A stretch of DNA of 64,000 bases from Trichoplax adhaerens (lineage: Eukaryota; Animalia; Placozoa). Under the pieces are notes generated by a model. The model did not search any database and was not told the origin of the DNA. It saw only the letters and a program-made list of their open reading frames with translations. The position numbers were made by a program, and so were the translations under genes. Position 1 is the first letter of the stretch; each line of letters starts with the position of its first letter. Below are positions 27,645-41,600 of this stretch, piece after piece. The stretch spans positions 6,175,102 through 6,239,101 of the forward strand of contig NW_002060944.1 of NCBI RefSeq assembly GCF_000150275.1, in the 5' to 3' direction.

Positions 27645-27989
27645 CCATCTGTACTGTCTACAGTGGGGTTCAGTGCGATAAAAGTGGAGCAAGAAGCCAT
27701 TGCTGTGTGGACGGTATTTGGCCAAATTTACCGGTCATCCGTGGATGACTGCTCTCTTTACCTGCATTTCACCCACTGCAATCAATGACTGCAGTATAAT
27801 ATGTACACTTGTACAGTACGCTTTTAGTCACCATTTTTTATGACTGCTTTGCCGCTGTTGTTTTTTTCTCTTTGGACTGTGTACTGTACATACACTACAC
27901 TATACTACTGTACACTTGTACAGTACAGTATACTGCAGTATATTGTACTATAGTGTCGTGTACAAATCCACTGTACACTGTACAGATGG
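27645..27989. other. GC-richer structured element with 22 bp inverted ends and an internal ~120 nt imperfect hairpin
   Basis: 27645-27666 CCATCTGTACTGTCTACAGTGG matches the reverse complement of 27968-27989 at 20/22. Internal fold-back 27661-27778 is centred on TTTGGCCAAA. Confidence 0.4.
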
Positions 27990-28078
27990 ACGGTACAAAT
28001 ACTGATGTAGTCGTGACATGAACATGACTGGCTACACTACAGTACAGTATGTGACAATGTGCGAACATGCCAACAAGC

Positions 28079-28279
28079 CCAATGTTTATTGACGGCTTCG
28101 CTTTGATACACTGGTAGCGTCAAGGACGTCAACTTCAAGCCAGTGATGTGTCTAGGAGTGGACTACTGGAATGCTTGTACCGGTGTTATGAGTTCGTGGT
28201 ACACTTGCTACAAGCTAACCAATGTCAATGCAAAACGTCACACAGGAGGCTTGAACCAATACAGTACGGTCAAGCCAAT
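28079..28279 (+). promoter_or_regulatory. CCAAT-box cluster (likely CK1 promoter)
   Basis: CCAAT at 28079, 28219, 28256 and 28275, all in the same orientation, in a GC-elevated block ~1.2-1.4 kb upstream of the CK1 ATG. Confidence 0.5.
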
Positions 28280-29502
28280 CACACTGTAACCAAGCAGATC
28301 AACTACCAGTCTGACTCAGCCCACTGTGCACTGCATTAAAATCTTTTTCACCGCTTAACTGCAACTGTACCGACTAACTACAGTAGGAGGAAGACTTTGG
28401 GCAGTAGGATAATTCTGTGAAAAGAGCAGTAAAAAAGATTTCATTTCTAGCTATTTTTTCCTCTTTTCAATCTTGGACTGGACTTATTCAACCTTGTATG
28501 GTAGCCTAATTCTGTATTGGTTAATGGTATCGATCCAGTTGTAGTATATTCATTACGTTCAATGGTTGATTATCCTTTTTGTAGGTATCAAGCAATTGCT
28601 GTTTATTGTAAAATTGTCTTCAGTCAAACATACTGTAGATGACTTCAAAGAGTAGAAGGTTACTCACGTAGGAGGGATTTAGCAGTCGGTAGTTTGGAAG
28701 AGGAAAAAGGATATTGCCTAGTAGTCCCTCTTCAATGTGTGGATTGATCAATACTGTAGAGCATTTGGATTATAACGCTGTGTACGCTATGACTGGCTGA
28801 TCAGATCGCGTCCCTTTCCTTTTCTTTCCATTCTTATCTCTTATTTTATCGCCATTCTCGCACTACAGTACTGTAGAAGGGGTATCAAAGAAAGATTGCC
28901 TTTGGGCGATATCACTGGACTAAAGGCGTCATTGAGTGTCCTTCTACTCACTTGACTACAGTAGTGGTTCAATGTTATAATATTACCGTCGCATTTTATA
29001 CTTTTGTACTATTTTACTCATGTATCGATTGCTAGCCTCTATCTTAATGGATTACAATCTTATATATGAGATCAAGCAGTTGCCGATAGTAAAAAAAAGA
29101 AGAAGAATGACAGCCTACACCGTAACTCACAAGTACAGTAGAAATTGTCCTAAATAATAAACACTACGATACAATCGACGCATGATAGTATTGAGTATCA
29201 ATGATTTTGACGAAGGGCATGGATGCATATTATCATACTGATCAATACTAGCGTATATATATACATTTATTCAAACCCGTATTTTTTCGTAGTTTACTGT
29301 GAATATTTTTTGGGGGGGACAGAGATAGAAACTGACTGAGCTGTTTTTGTTATTTATATTTTTTTGTATCGATGACTATCTTGATGCTGTACTCGTATTC
29401 AAATATTTCTACTTTTTGTTGTTCATGTTATAAACAGCTCTATGCTCCTGAACAACCCGTTTTGACTACTGAGTAGCAAAGGCATTAATCTTGTCTCACA
29501 AT

Positions 29503-32500
29503 ATGGACCTAAGAGTAGGCAATAAATACCGCTTAGGCAGGAAGATTGGTAGCGGATCCTTTGGCGACATTTACTTAGGTAAAAGATAATTATTACGCGT
29601 ACTCGTATATACAACACTTTAATAATTACAACTTCATGCGACTCTTCCATATATCTGTTATAACTACCCTCCACTTCGCTATCAACAATACTACAAATGA
29701 CTGTACTCTTTAGTTTTCTCTTTCTCTACTTAAATAGAAAAAAAAAAAGAATCATCGACAACTAGCCTAATGTACTTAAACCCGTCCAACTTGTTTGTTT
29801 GACTATACTATTAATATTAGCTATGTATATTGTACACAGTACAGTATGTTTGTTTCCTTCTCTATCTCCAGCTTGAGTATGATTGTAGTCAGAATGATAA
29901 TTTTTCTCTTTCTGTAAACTAGAAATCAATTTAGACGTCACCGTGCATGTTACAAATCCATCCAAGTATAAAATATACATATAAATGCATTCGAGTAGAA
30001 CTTACAGTATATAATACTTCACGAGTGCATATTCATTTTTCACTGTTTTTTTTATTTCTCTCTGGATATCGTACTGCTATTTTAATCGCTGTTAGTCTAG
30101 TGATTAATTCTATATGGAATAAATTAGCAAATATGGTTTATGTACAATTTACAATATTCCGTACAAGTGTACACATCCAAATCTCAATATGAGTGGACTA
30201 GCTCAAGTGATTCAATACAATGATGCACAGTAATTAATTAATTATTAGTGATATTAAATACATACATGATGGATTTAGCTCGAAAAAAATTGGTCCATTT
30301 CAATATGTCTTCTTGATTGCTATACTATTGCCATTAAAGTATATGCTGTATAATGAATTATAATTTATTAGGCACCAATATTATTACCGGTGACGAGGTA
30401 GCTATCAAGTTAGAATGTACTACTACCAAACATCCTCAACTTCATATCGAATGGAAATTTTATAAGATTATGGCCGGTGGCGGTAAGTGAACTTGCACTA
30501 TATTGTGCCGTTCTAGTGACGGTCAGTCTGAGAATAACTGTGACACATGTTACACAATTTCCTTAATATAAATCAAGTTCAAATTATCCAACCTGATTTG
30601 ATTGTATAAATACGCGTATTATAATCATTTTATGTTGGCATATACTAATATTTTATGGTCTGATCTATCTCAATCGGATAGAACACCATATTAGCTGTTA
30701 ATTTAACGTTGAGCCAACCATAACCGAAAATAAATTGATATTACGCCGCAATATGATTATTATTACGATTAACTTTTTGGATGGATCGGATTAATTTTTC
30801 ATACGTTATTTGCCTTACTTTTGAACACAGTTGGCATACCTTCTGTAAAATGGTGGGGTACTGAAGGTGATTACAACGTCGTTGTGATGGAACTTTTGGG
30901 CCCAAGTTTGGAAGATTTGTTCAATTTTTGCTCCAGAAAATTTAGCCTGAAGACTGTGCTTCAATTAGCAGACCAATTGGTTAGTTATTTTTCATTTTAA
31001 AATATCTTTAATTAACATATACAACAAAAAAAAAAGCAAAGGGTTATCAGCTTCCCCATCATGATGAGAATAAATTACGGTATTATCAGTATTGTTATAC
31101 ATTCAATCACATCGAAACAATAACCCGCTAGGATATGTGCTGTACCTCCTGTAACGTTAGTTTTATAACTGCAGACAAGATACCGTTGTTGGGTGCCTAC
31201 TCTACCATAGTCAAAGCTATTCATTGATTTCCTTCACCGATTATATATTGTACTAATCACTTAACTTAATAGTATATTAAAGCACTGCTTTGGATCGATC
31301 TTTTCAAAATTAATTTTCTCAACATCTTTTTTTATCCTTTTTTTGAACAAATCCGTCGCAACTTTCATTTGCTTTAAAGTTGCGAGGTATTTTCAATTTT
31401 GCGTTATCCGACCGTACTAAAGATACCCTACGACAGAAAATCTTTTGTGCTTAAATTTCTATTGTAGACCCTATTTCCAATCTTAATTTGTTACAATGAT
31501 TCGGTTATCTCATGTACTATACAGAATAGTACATATGTAGATACCATCAACTGATAATAATTATTTTCTGCCAATAGGAAGTTAATGAAGAGCTCTATCA
31601 CATTCCATGATACTGTAATATAACCATGGAGAGCTCTGATTAAGAAATTTTTGAATTTTTAACCTGCAGCTTACAGTAGACTCTATACTATTACTACGCT
31701 ATACTGTTTGTATAGTCGTTTGCAACACCACCGATATCATATGGCAGTTAAATTAATAATAAGAAGTAATTGTAATTGTGTACTGCATTACATGTCGATA
31801 TGTAAGTAGGTTTACACCAGTACTATAATTATATTACTTTAAAAATCTTATAGAATAATAATCGTAATCGTACTAGTTTTGCACCAATTTGTTAAATCAC
31901 TCTTACATAGATCATCTTTGATACGCCTTCAAAGACTTGAAACGAATTACAGTACATAGTATATTTTTAATTAATTTTATTACTTATTTTTAATACTCTC
32001 CTGATTACGCGTATTAGAATATGTCATGTACTGTAGCTTATCCTTATTCGAATATTCGAGTTTATGATCATCCTATCATATTATTTGCCAGGTATGATAT
32101 TTGTGCAATTGGCACCTTATTGTGATTTCCATCGGACGAAATGATACATTTTTTGTTTTTAGAAATTCCTTAGCTAGGACAACATATATCGACTATAATT
32201 AGCTACTCATTTCATTGCTTCGCGAGTACCTAAAAATGACAGTAGTGGTTCTTCCCCACTACTTGAAATTAGTGCAATTTCGTAAAAACGTACAGAACGG
32301 TATATAGATTTATTACCATTAAATCCAAAGTACAGCAATACGTAGTTGATCCCACAACAATAATAATAATTACAATAAAATTTCATATTTCCGGCTTCAA
32401 GTTGCTATTAAACTGAAATCCGACCGTTGAATTTTAACGATACTGAAACAAATCCCATCATTGTTAGAATGTAATTCCCTATCAGATATCGTCATTCTTT

Positions 32501-34409
32501 CCTAATTTATTCTTCTATCATTTAATTCGTAATTTTGAATACATCAGAATGATGGTTTTTTTACTATATAGATGAATTATTTTACAACACTAATTTGTAA
32601 CCTCTTTTGATAATAAAATTCCATCAATCTTTTCTATTCTTTTCAGATAAGTCGAATCGAGTATGTTCATTCGAAAAATTTTATCCATCGGGATATCAAG
32701 CCAGATAACTTCTTAATGGGATTGGGAAAGAAAGGCAATTTAGTGTATATAATTGATTTTGGATTAGCAAAACGCTATCGTGATGCTAAGACGCACCAGC
32801 ACATTCCTTATCGGGAAAATAAAAATTTAACTGGTACTGCACGATATGCCAGTATTAATACACATTTAGGCATTGGTAAGTATTCCTTGGTAATATCTCA
32901 AGGCATTAATCGTTTCATAATTGTTATAATGTAGTTGCAGCTGCATTTTGTTCTACAACGTTAAACAGCAATAGTAATATGTAATGTTTCACTACGGCAA
33001 AGAATTCTTAAGTGATGTGAATTGATGAATATCAATGACTTCGGGAGCGAAAGCAAGAGTCGACATTATGACCAGATCTTGTAAATGAATACTAATTTTA
33101 ACGCCTTAGCTTATGTTAGCGTCATTTTATTTTTATTTATAGAGCAAAGCCGTAGAGATGATATGGAATCACTTGGGTATATGTTTATGTATTTCAGCCA
33201 CGGCAGTTTACCTTGGCAAGGATTAAAGGCTGCTACTAAAAAGCAAAAGTATGAAAAAATTAGTGAAAAGAAGATGGCAACTCCAGTTGAAAAATTATGT
33301 AGAGGATATCCCCGTAAGTACTATAATCTTCAGTTAGTCAGTAATTCTTCTTAGTATAAAAGTTATTTAATTTTTTGAAATGGGCTAATTGATATTCTTC
33401 TATGATATTTTTAGCTGAATTTGCGACTTATCTAAATATTTGCCGATCATTAAAATTCGACGATAAGCCAGATTATGCATACTTCAGGCAATTATTCAGA
33501 AATTTGTACCATCGATGTAGTTTTACATATGATTACGTTTTTGATTGGAATGTCTTGAAGGTAAATTTTTGTTGATATTATGTTAATAATGTCATCAACA
33601 CCTTATTCAAGTTGATAGAAATAAATTTAACAGTTTTAACACTTACGAATTTTACCATACTTACCTTACCGTAGGGCGAAACTCGTAAGAATGATACCAA
33701 AGATAGACAAAAAGAGCGACATTCTAATCAACACCCGGATATTGGTGATAACATTGATGCAGGCGCTACTGCTACGGATAATCACCGATTGGTAACCTAT
33801 GATGCTCATGGCCGTGGTACTAATACTCGATTATCTAGCGCGAACGAGATTAATGCTCAAAGTCGTATGCAGTCTGTCGATGCTGGAGGTAATAACGAAA
33901 TATTTTAGAACAGATTTTTCGTATTACACGAGATGATGATTTAAAATATTATCAATTGTAACAATTCCTAGTAAGAGCTTTCGTTAAAGAATAATTAGTT
34001 AACATGCATTAAATTTAGAAGTTAGTAAATTATTTCAAGTTTCTATTCTGTTGCTATAAGTACCTAAGGAATCTATTCTTAATTAACTATTATAACTATT
34101 ATTTTCGCAACAGTTCGACAATATCAACGTAGTCGGGGCATGATCTCGAAAGCTCGTGAAGGTATTTCGGCCACAGCAGAAGCGGCAGACCATCACAAAT
34201 ATTATCAATCACATAATCATCGTATAAATTCACCATCCGTAGACGTTACATCCCGCCATGTTCTCCCAACGTCGGTTGTTGCTACTCCGATTCATGTTTC
34301 TGGAAATCATAGACCTCAGCCGCCACCAGCTAAAGATCGAGAAAATCCAATTAGTTCTAGTAACGATGTTTATGCTGTCCGACAATCAAGCCGATTAAGG
34401 AAGCATTAA
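29503..34409 (+). CDS. CSNK1D: Casein kinase 1 delta/epsilon (single co-ortholog of CSNK1D and CSNK1E), 8 coding exons
   Basis: Exons 29503-29578, 30372-30482, 30831-30979, 32647-32875, 33143-33313, 33415-33560, 33675-33888, 34114-34409. [71 protein letters not shown], then a divergent tail. Confidence 0.97.
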
Positions 34410-37400
34410 CATTTTGTTGCTGCAACTGCCTTATTATTATTTTTTTAATGTTTCAACTATGAATTAAGTCTTGAATATTTTCCCAACAATTATGGGAAGC
34501 CATGACCATCAAAAATTTTGTCTTATCAATTGACGTTACTATCAGTTTAATTGTATAGAATGTGATTGATCTTTTCGGTACCTGGTTGCGTAAGTGATAG
34601 TGCCTACGAAATTCATAAAAGGACGCTGTATGTTGCAATTAGTTGTATCGTACTCTTTTAAGACTACTTATACCGTATTGTAATGCGATTAATACTCGTA
34701 TACCAAAAAATTTGTACTATGACTGTTTCTATCACCGAATTGTATATTTTTCAGCTCTATGTATAACACTTATAATTAATGTTTTTGTATTTGTTTATTA
34801 GCTGCCGCATTTAGAGAACTTGAACGAAATTTTAATTTTGACGTTATCAACTACCATCAAGTAAACTAAGATGTTATTCTACAATAATACATGAAAAGTC
34901 TTGTTATTGCTGATGCTACTTGTTCAAAAAATCTACATTATGTAATACACAAAATCATTCACAAATTTGATTTTATAAAATAAAGGCACTTAACCGCATG
35001 AACTTGAATAAGCTAACGATTCCTAAGTGCAACATACTACACTAAGATACGACAATGCGTTTACTTTACCTTAGTTATAATCCATGGTTGCTATACTTAT
35101 TTATGTAGCCACATACGCGTACTGTATATCAAGTTTTGTTTTATTGTTCTATCTATCAGAAATATTTTAACGATTAGATAATACTGCCGATGAGTAAATA
35201 TACAATATAGCGCTATACGGTACACGGTATAATAATACAAATGAATTTTTAATCTACTAAGTCGGTTTGATTATTACATGAATGATTGATTAACAAACGG
35301 CTCAATATCCGATCTTATATTATCAGATTATATTCTACTTTATTATTTTGCAACAGAACCACTAAAGTGTATTTAGTAATTTTAATTTCGATAGCAGTAT
35401 CCTATAGAATATTATTTTTTATGAAATGCCAGTGGATAGTACCATTATGCGAATGTGATCAATTACGTAAATATAGTGTACTCTAGCACATCTTACTAAA
35501 TGAAAATCATTGATCCTAAAGGAAATGTCCTAGCAAATGCCTGTATATCTCACGTTTGTATGTAAAATACATGTCATCTTACTGTCTTACTGCGTTAGGC
35601 ATACGTAAATGAAAGAGTAATCATATAGTAGCTTAAGTATAGATCCCGTACAGTAGGTTATATTGATTATTTGAGAAAAATGCCTTTAATAATGATCCAA
35701 GTGTAATTTAGGTGATTTTGTGGTTGAGAATAGATTGAGCTCAATATACGTATTTAAGATCAGCAATATAAGCTCATGATTCATTCTAACTCAGGATACT
35801 TTATAGCAGATTCTTGTTTATTAGTGAATTATAGCTCTCGTATTCTAAAACATTGCAATAGCAGGCTTTATTATATTCTATCGAGACTTAGACTATTGTT
35901 TTATAAGAATTTAATTACTGTACATTTAATTTAGATAGAACAGCTGGCTAATTTTGTTACGAACTCCTACGAGCAATGTTAATTGCCATCATCGCTACAT
36001 AGTCAAGCTTTATATTAAAATTTGTGAATTAACGGTCCGAATCGTTATGGAATACGTAAGTAGTAATCTAGGACTGCTTGTATACGTATGACGTTTTACG
36101 AGTAAATGGGTTAAAGTAATAAAATAAAATAATTGGGTATAATTCACGTAATCACTGCCTTATTTCGACATAATGTATATCGTATATAGCATTTATGTGC
36201 TTGCTTATTACTGGGGTATCACTTTGTTCGCTATTATTAGATGGAAATGTAATACAGGAATGATTAAATTCAGTTGTTCTATAATAGTATTTCTCACAAT
36301 GCAGAATTACGGTCACTAGTCCACATAATTTACATACTTCTTGGCATCAATTGTAATCATAGTACCTCATGCAGCAATGGAGTCTAATAGCCGTCAAATT
36401 AGCAAAATTTATTCTTTTTTAAACATCAATCAATAAACATTAGTAGGAACTAACACCGATAAATGCATTGCTCTTGTAAAATATTATAAACTTGGCATGT
36501 TATCGCTTGCTACTAAGACACTTTTACATTAAGCATTGACAGCTATTGCTATAGTATCTTATCTTGACCTTAATTCATTTAGCTTATTTTATTCGTTGCT
36601 GTCAATCTTTTTAAAAAAAGGAATTGAAATAATGTCTATTTTCAGTAAGTGCTCATCTACCTATAATATAATATGTGAGACGTTAATATTTGATATCTAT
36701 TGTCAAGCTACTGTATCAAATCTAATACTGTACCATTTAGCGATAATTATAATAACCTAATATGAAATTTGCAGTATTGCCTATTTTCAGCAATTAGTAA
36801 GCTTAAATTTAGCTTGCAACATGCAAGACGATAAAATGTTTATATCTACGTATTGCCTAGATACTTTTTAAAATATGATTCTTTGCGATTTTACGATAAT
36901 CAAATATTCATTCTCATTTAAGCAATATACGATTAGTAATTATGAAATGACGATACACTATATCTACTCTCTAAATATATTCGTATTCAATCTTACCAGC
37001 TAAATCATGCTAAAGTGTTTCATAAAATCAAAAACATTCAAGACTTTATAAATAATTATTAAAAATTAATAGGAATATTTCTCTATTATGACATACTGCA
37101 AGCAGATACATCAAATTCTATAATGTAGAAGCCTTCTTGTGGTTGAAATTCTAGCTTTTAATTACATTCCAAACAATATACGGCAACAACATATTAACAT
37201 TTTAAATTTTCAAAAAATTCTACAATAACAGAGGATTGAATACCTTGAATTACTTTAATGTTTATACCAAAATATAACTATTATTATTATTGGATAAGCG
37301 CCAATTTCAAATTCATGGACCATGACTTACGACTTATCATAATTTTAAGAAACTATGTTAAATTATTATTTCTCAGAAATTTTATCATTTTAATGGCCGA

Positions 37401-37415
37401 TGGCAGACCGGGTGT

Positions 37416-37816
37416 TTATTGCTGTCCTTTATTTCCGAATAAATTAATTCCAAATTCAGGTACACTTCTATTATTCACAGTTGGTAGCAGGATAAGGATC
37501 TGATTTTTAAGAGTTAGTATAGTTAATATCGCCATTAAAGAACCTCCTTCTATCCTGATATTTGTTATTTTTTTAATGATAACTGCATTGACCTAAATAG
37601 GGAATAGACAATGATATCTTATTATCTTAAAATTATACCATTCTACAGAGTAACTTTAAATATTACATAAAGTCTTTCCTTTATTATCATATTACAAACG
37701 CTCACTTTATCAATTAGACACGAATCAATGACTACAATGAAGTAAACACCTGCCCCACCATCTTCATGTTCGTGATATCTGGCAATTCTCGCCCTTATTA
37801 CTGTACAATTTTTCAT
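37416..37816 (-). CDS. Possible two-exon orphan ORF (95 aa)
   Basis: ATG exon 37816-37706, a 113 nt GTGAG..TTTAG intron, and exon 37592-37416 join in phase 0. No recognisable domain. Confidence 0.2.
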
Positions 37817-38039
37817 TTAGGTTGATATTCGGAGAATTGATGATAGCTACAGTATAACTAGCAGGATAAATGTTTAACCAGCTATGAAATAAACAATAAC
37901 CACCACTAGCTATTGAGCAGTTAAATTTTGAAACATTTCATTTTTATCATTGTTTTAGTAATAGTCGATTTTTTTCTGGATGTACATTTATAAATAATAA
38001 TAAAATTTATATTCTGGTTTATTATTACTTATAATATTA

Positions 38040-38600
38040 CAGTAAAAGTAAATTGATGGTTAAATTTACACTATTTTCTGTCAAATGACTCTTAAGAGGT
38101 CGTTTAGCTACTTAAATTTATCAAACACTGATATAGACTAAAGAAGTATGATATTTAATAACCTAACATGAAATCATTAAATTTGTTAGAAGAACACTGT
38201 GGTGATTTCTATGTCAAATGATGTATCAAAACCCATTTAGCTACTTCAATTTATACAATATTAATAGAGATTAAAAGAACTATTAAACAGTATAATATAA
38301 ATCAATAAATTTTACGACATGAATAATTATAGTGATTTTATGTTAAATGACGCATGAAAGATCATTTATTGACTTAAACTTATTAAATGCTAACAAAGAT
38401 TAAAGAGCTATTAAAAAGTATAGCAATATCATTTCTATAAATCTGTGGCAAGAGTATTATTGCGATTCCTATGTCGAATGATGTACAGAAGGCTTCCTGA
38501 CTACTTAAACATATTAAAAATCAATATGGACTAAAGATACCTATTATAGTATTATAGTGAAATTGGTAAATTTATAACAGGAACACTATAGCAGATTCTG
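38040..38600. repeat. Degenerate minisatellite, ~130 bp unit, ~4 copies
   Basis: TGTCAAATGA..CTACTTAAA..GA(C/T)TAAAGA recurs near 38079, 38211, 38340 and 38471. Confidence 0.75.
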
Positions 38601-41600
38601 TTATCTCGACGTTAATGAAAAAATTTGTTTCGTAACATGCTAGTAGAATAGCAATTATATTACTTCATTGTTATCGTACATTCAATTAGACATTTATGTG
38701 TAGGTATACTTTACGTTTTGACATCAGTCTGAAAAGTGTCTTAAAGACTTACTTACTTAACAAAATAGATGAACTTGTACATTAAATATAATTAAAGAAA
38801 TTACTCTTATACAGCATATTTTATTACGCTATTGATAGGTTATCAATCTTTTCTCCTCAGCTTTAAGTAATATTATTCTATTTGTTTATATCATTGCTAA
38901 TTCAAATGCCCCTACAATCTTCACAAGTGATAATGAGAAATAATTTTTTGTGGCCTTCAGTTCGATAAAATAGACTATATCTATAATACAACACATATCC
39001 ATATCACGATTAGTCTAGTGCAAGTTTTCAAGGATATAATTCAGATTCATTAACCTAAACCTTTAACCCTTGATTTTAGTTCTAAGACTTGAGACGATGC
39101 CTGCTAACTTCTCTTTTCAACAGTTAATACTTCATTTTTTAACATTAAGCTAATAATAAAGAAATATACGAATGTGTCTACCTTAGACATTCAGAGATAT
39201 ATCCAATTTTGGTTTACTTATTTTTAAAGCATTACACATGTTAAGAAAACTATTTGTCATCGCTGTGAATAAATGATACTACAGAATTTTAATAAATTTA
39301 AAACCATATCCTTACACTACAAAATTAATACAATTGTAAGAACACATAAGGATAGCCGATTGAGTAAATGTTATATCTCTAAGGTAAATTTAAAATTAAG
39401 TTCTTACGATTAGTATTAGTTTGTTGGCATTTCAGATTTATAATTTTATTAATTAACGAATATATTATTGTAATTCAGTTCTTAGTTATCTTATAGTTAG
39501 GCCTTGTTAAATTATTGAATTGTTTGTGCTCTATCGAACTTTTAAACTAAGATCCCAAATTGATGTGCTTGCTGATTTTATAATGACATTAAACACGAAC
39601 AATCTTTATTACTGCAATATTTAATATATCTATCAGAAATGAGTTACTATTTAATTACGTCGCTTATCAAGTTCAGAATGAATATTTTTATTAAAGTTCA
39701 ATGTCCAATATTAAGAAAAAGAGAAATTGCCTTGCTAAAGGTAAAAACGGAATTGAAATACATTTTAATCAATTTCAACAAGGAAGACGTACAATCATTA
39801 AATCTTCCATAAATTAATAATGATAGACTAATGCAATACTTAAAGATATGACGCAAGTAAAAAAATAATTTTCATCAGGAATGATTATTCCAGTTTGTAG
39901 TGAGAATAGTCGATATACATAGAATAATTATAATGAAATGATGAAAATGATACCATTAAGAGTCTAAAGAAAGTCTATCTAGATAGATAACGTTAAAATG
40001 GAAAGGAAAAGAAGTGAGAAAATGATTTTAAATTACTTTGATCGTTGATGATGATTATTAATTAAAAGTGAAATAAGAACGATCAATTACCCATAAATAA
40101 CAACGATACACCGATCATCATGCTTGATCTTCGTTGATATCTAGACAACTGCAATATAAATAGTTATGCAATAATAAATAGGCAAGGCTTTCATTACTTT
40201 CTACATTCACCACAGATTAGCATAGTTGTAACCAATAGTAATAACAACATATGACAATGATTAAAACAACACATTGATTAGAGTGGCAAATAAAAACGAA
40301 TCCATTCATCCCCTGTCAATTCTTGAAGCAGCTATGACAGAAATAGAAAATTTCTAGGTATAATGAAAGTAAAATGATCACTTGCAGTAAAACTTGATCA
40401 TTTTTAAAAGTCAAAGGCGATATTTCATTATCGTGAGTTATGTATTAGTTGATCAGATTGTCAAATCTAGCTTTGAATGAAGAGTTGAAATTAATAAGAA
40501 TATATACCATTACTATAACAATTACTTAAAAGTAATCTATTCCTAAATCAGGCTATAACCTTTTAATGTAGGTATACAGGTTGAATAGATGTTGACAGAT
40601 TAAATACAAAAATGAGTACTTAATCGAATGTATACTTTAATTATTAAAATAAGTTGTCAGATAATAAAGTTATTGCCGACTATTTTATCAATTAATTTAA
40701 TTAATAATATATAATTCATCGTCATCATGGGTAATTGTATTAATCGTTACGTATATTTCGATGAAAATGGCATCCATTTAAGTGTAGTATTTAAAATGTT
40801 AATAAATTAAAAATTAAGTCCAAAACAATTCTGTACAAGCATGTTATGAATCATATCTAATGAAATGTAATAGAAATAATGTCTGATTAATATTGCGTTT
40901 ATCTTCAAATAAAAACAACTTCTTACAAATCATTTTTAATACGATACTCCATCTTCTCTTTTATCACTTCTTATACGACATGAGTACTAACAATTTAATT
41001 ATTACTCCTGTTTTCATGGCAATTTCTTATTGTAAAATTTACTATAGATGTTGGACATGATCAATTACTATCTTAATCTATGGCTATTGATTTTTCCGAT
41101 TCTTTCACATCAACAGTAAAATGATATCGATGCAAAACAGGCCGTCATTGAATACTTCTTTTTCAATGAAGAGTTGTACAGAAATTTTAAGAGAAAAAAT
41201 TTGGCCTGTTAATTAATTGATTAATGACTGACTTAATTAATTCACTCAATACCATTAGTGATAAAAACTTATAGGAATGCTATTCTTTCTTGATTAGTGA
41301 GTCATATTTAAAAATTTCATAAATTAAGAATTAACTGACGTGATTGATTGATGGACTGGCTAATTTATTGATGAATGGATAATAGCTATCTATCTATATA
41401 TTTATGTATAGCAGAAAAGCAAGTTATTGGATTTATTATTAAATTTTTATTTCTTAGAGATAATACTTTTAATGACAGTTACTTATTGATGATAGACATG
41501 TAGAACCATATGAAAGAGAAAAAATGACAACTTACTGTCTTGCGATTGATTAATGACTGCTTTGATTTTATTCATTACTGTCATATTGCATGATATTATT

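Noticed and set aside
11467-34409. A functional 'circadian cluster' (opsin-like + CK1 + RAI1-like)
   Set aside because: Unrelated genes (NDC80, CLUAP1) are interspersed, the receptor lacks the chromophore Lys, and nothing in the sequence shows co-regulation.
38040-38600. Decayed 42-aa (126 bp) TPR pseudogene
   Set aside because: The period is similar, but I could not read a TPR consensus. It is treated as a minisatellite; BLASTX/HMMER would settle it.
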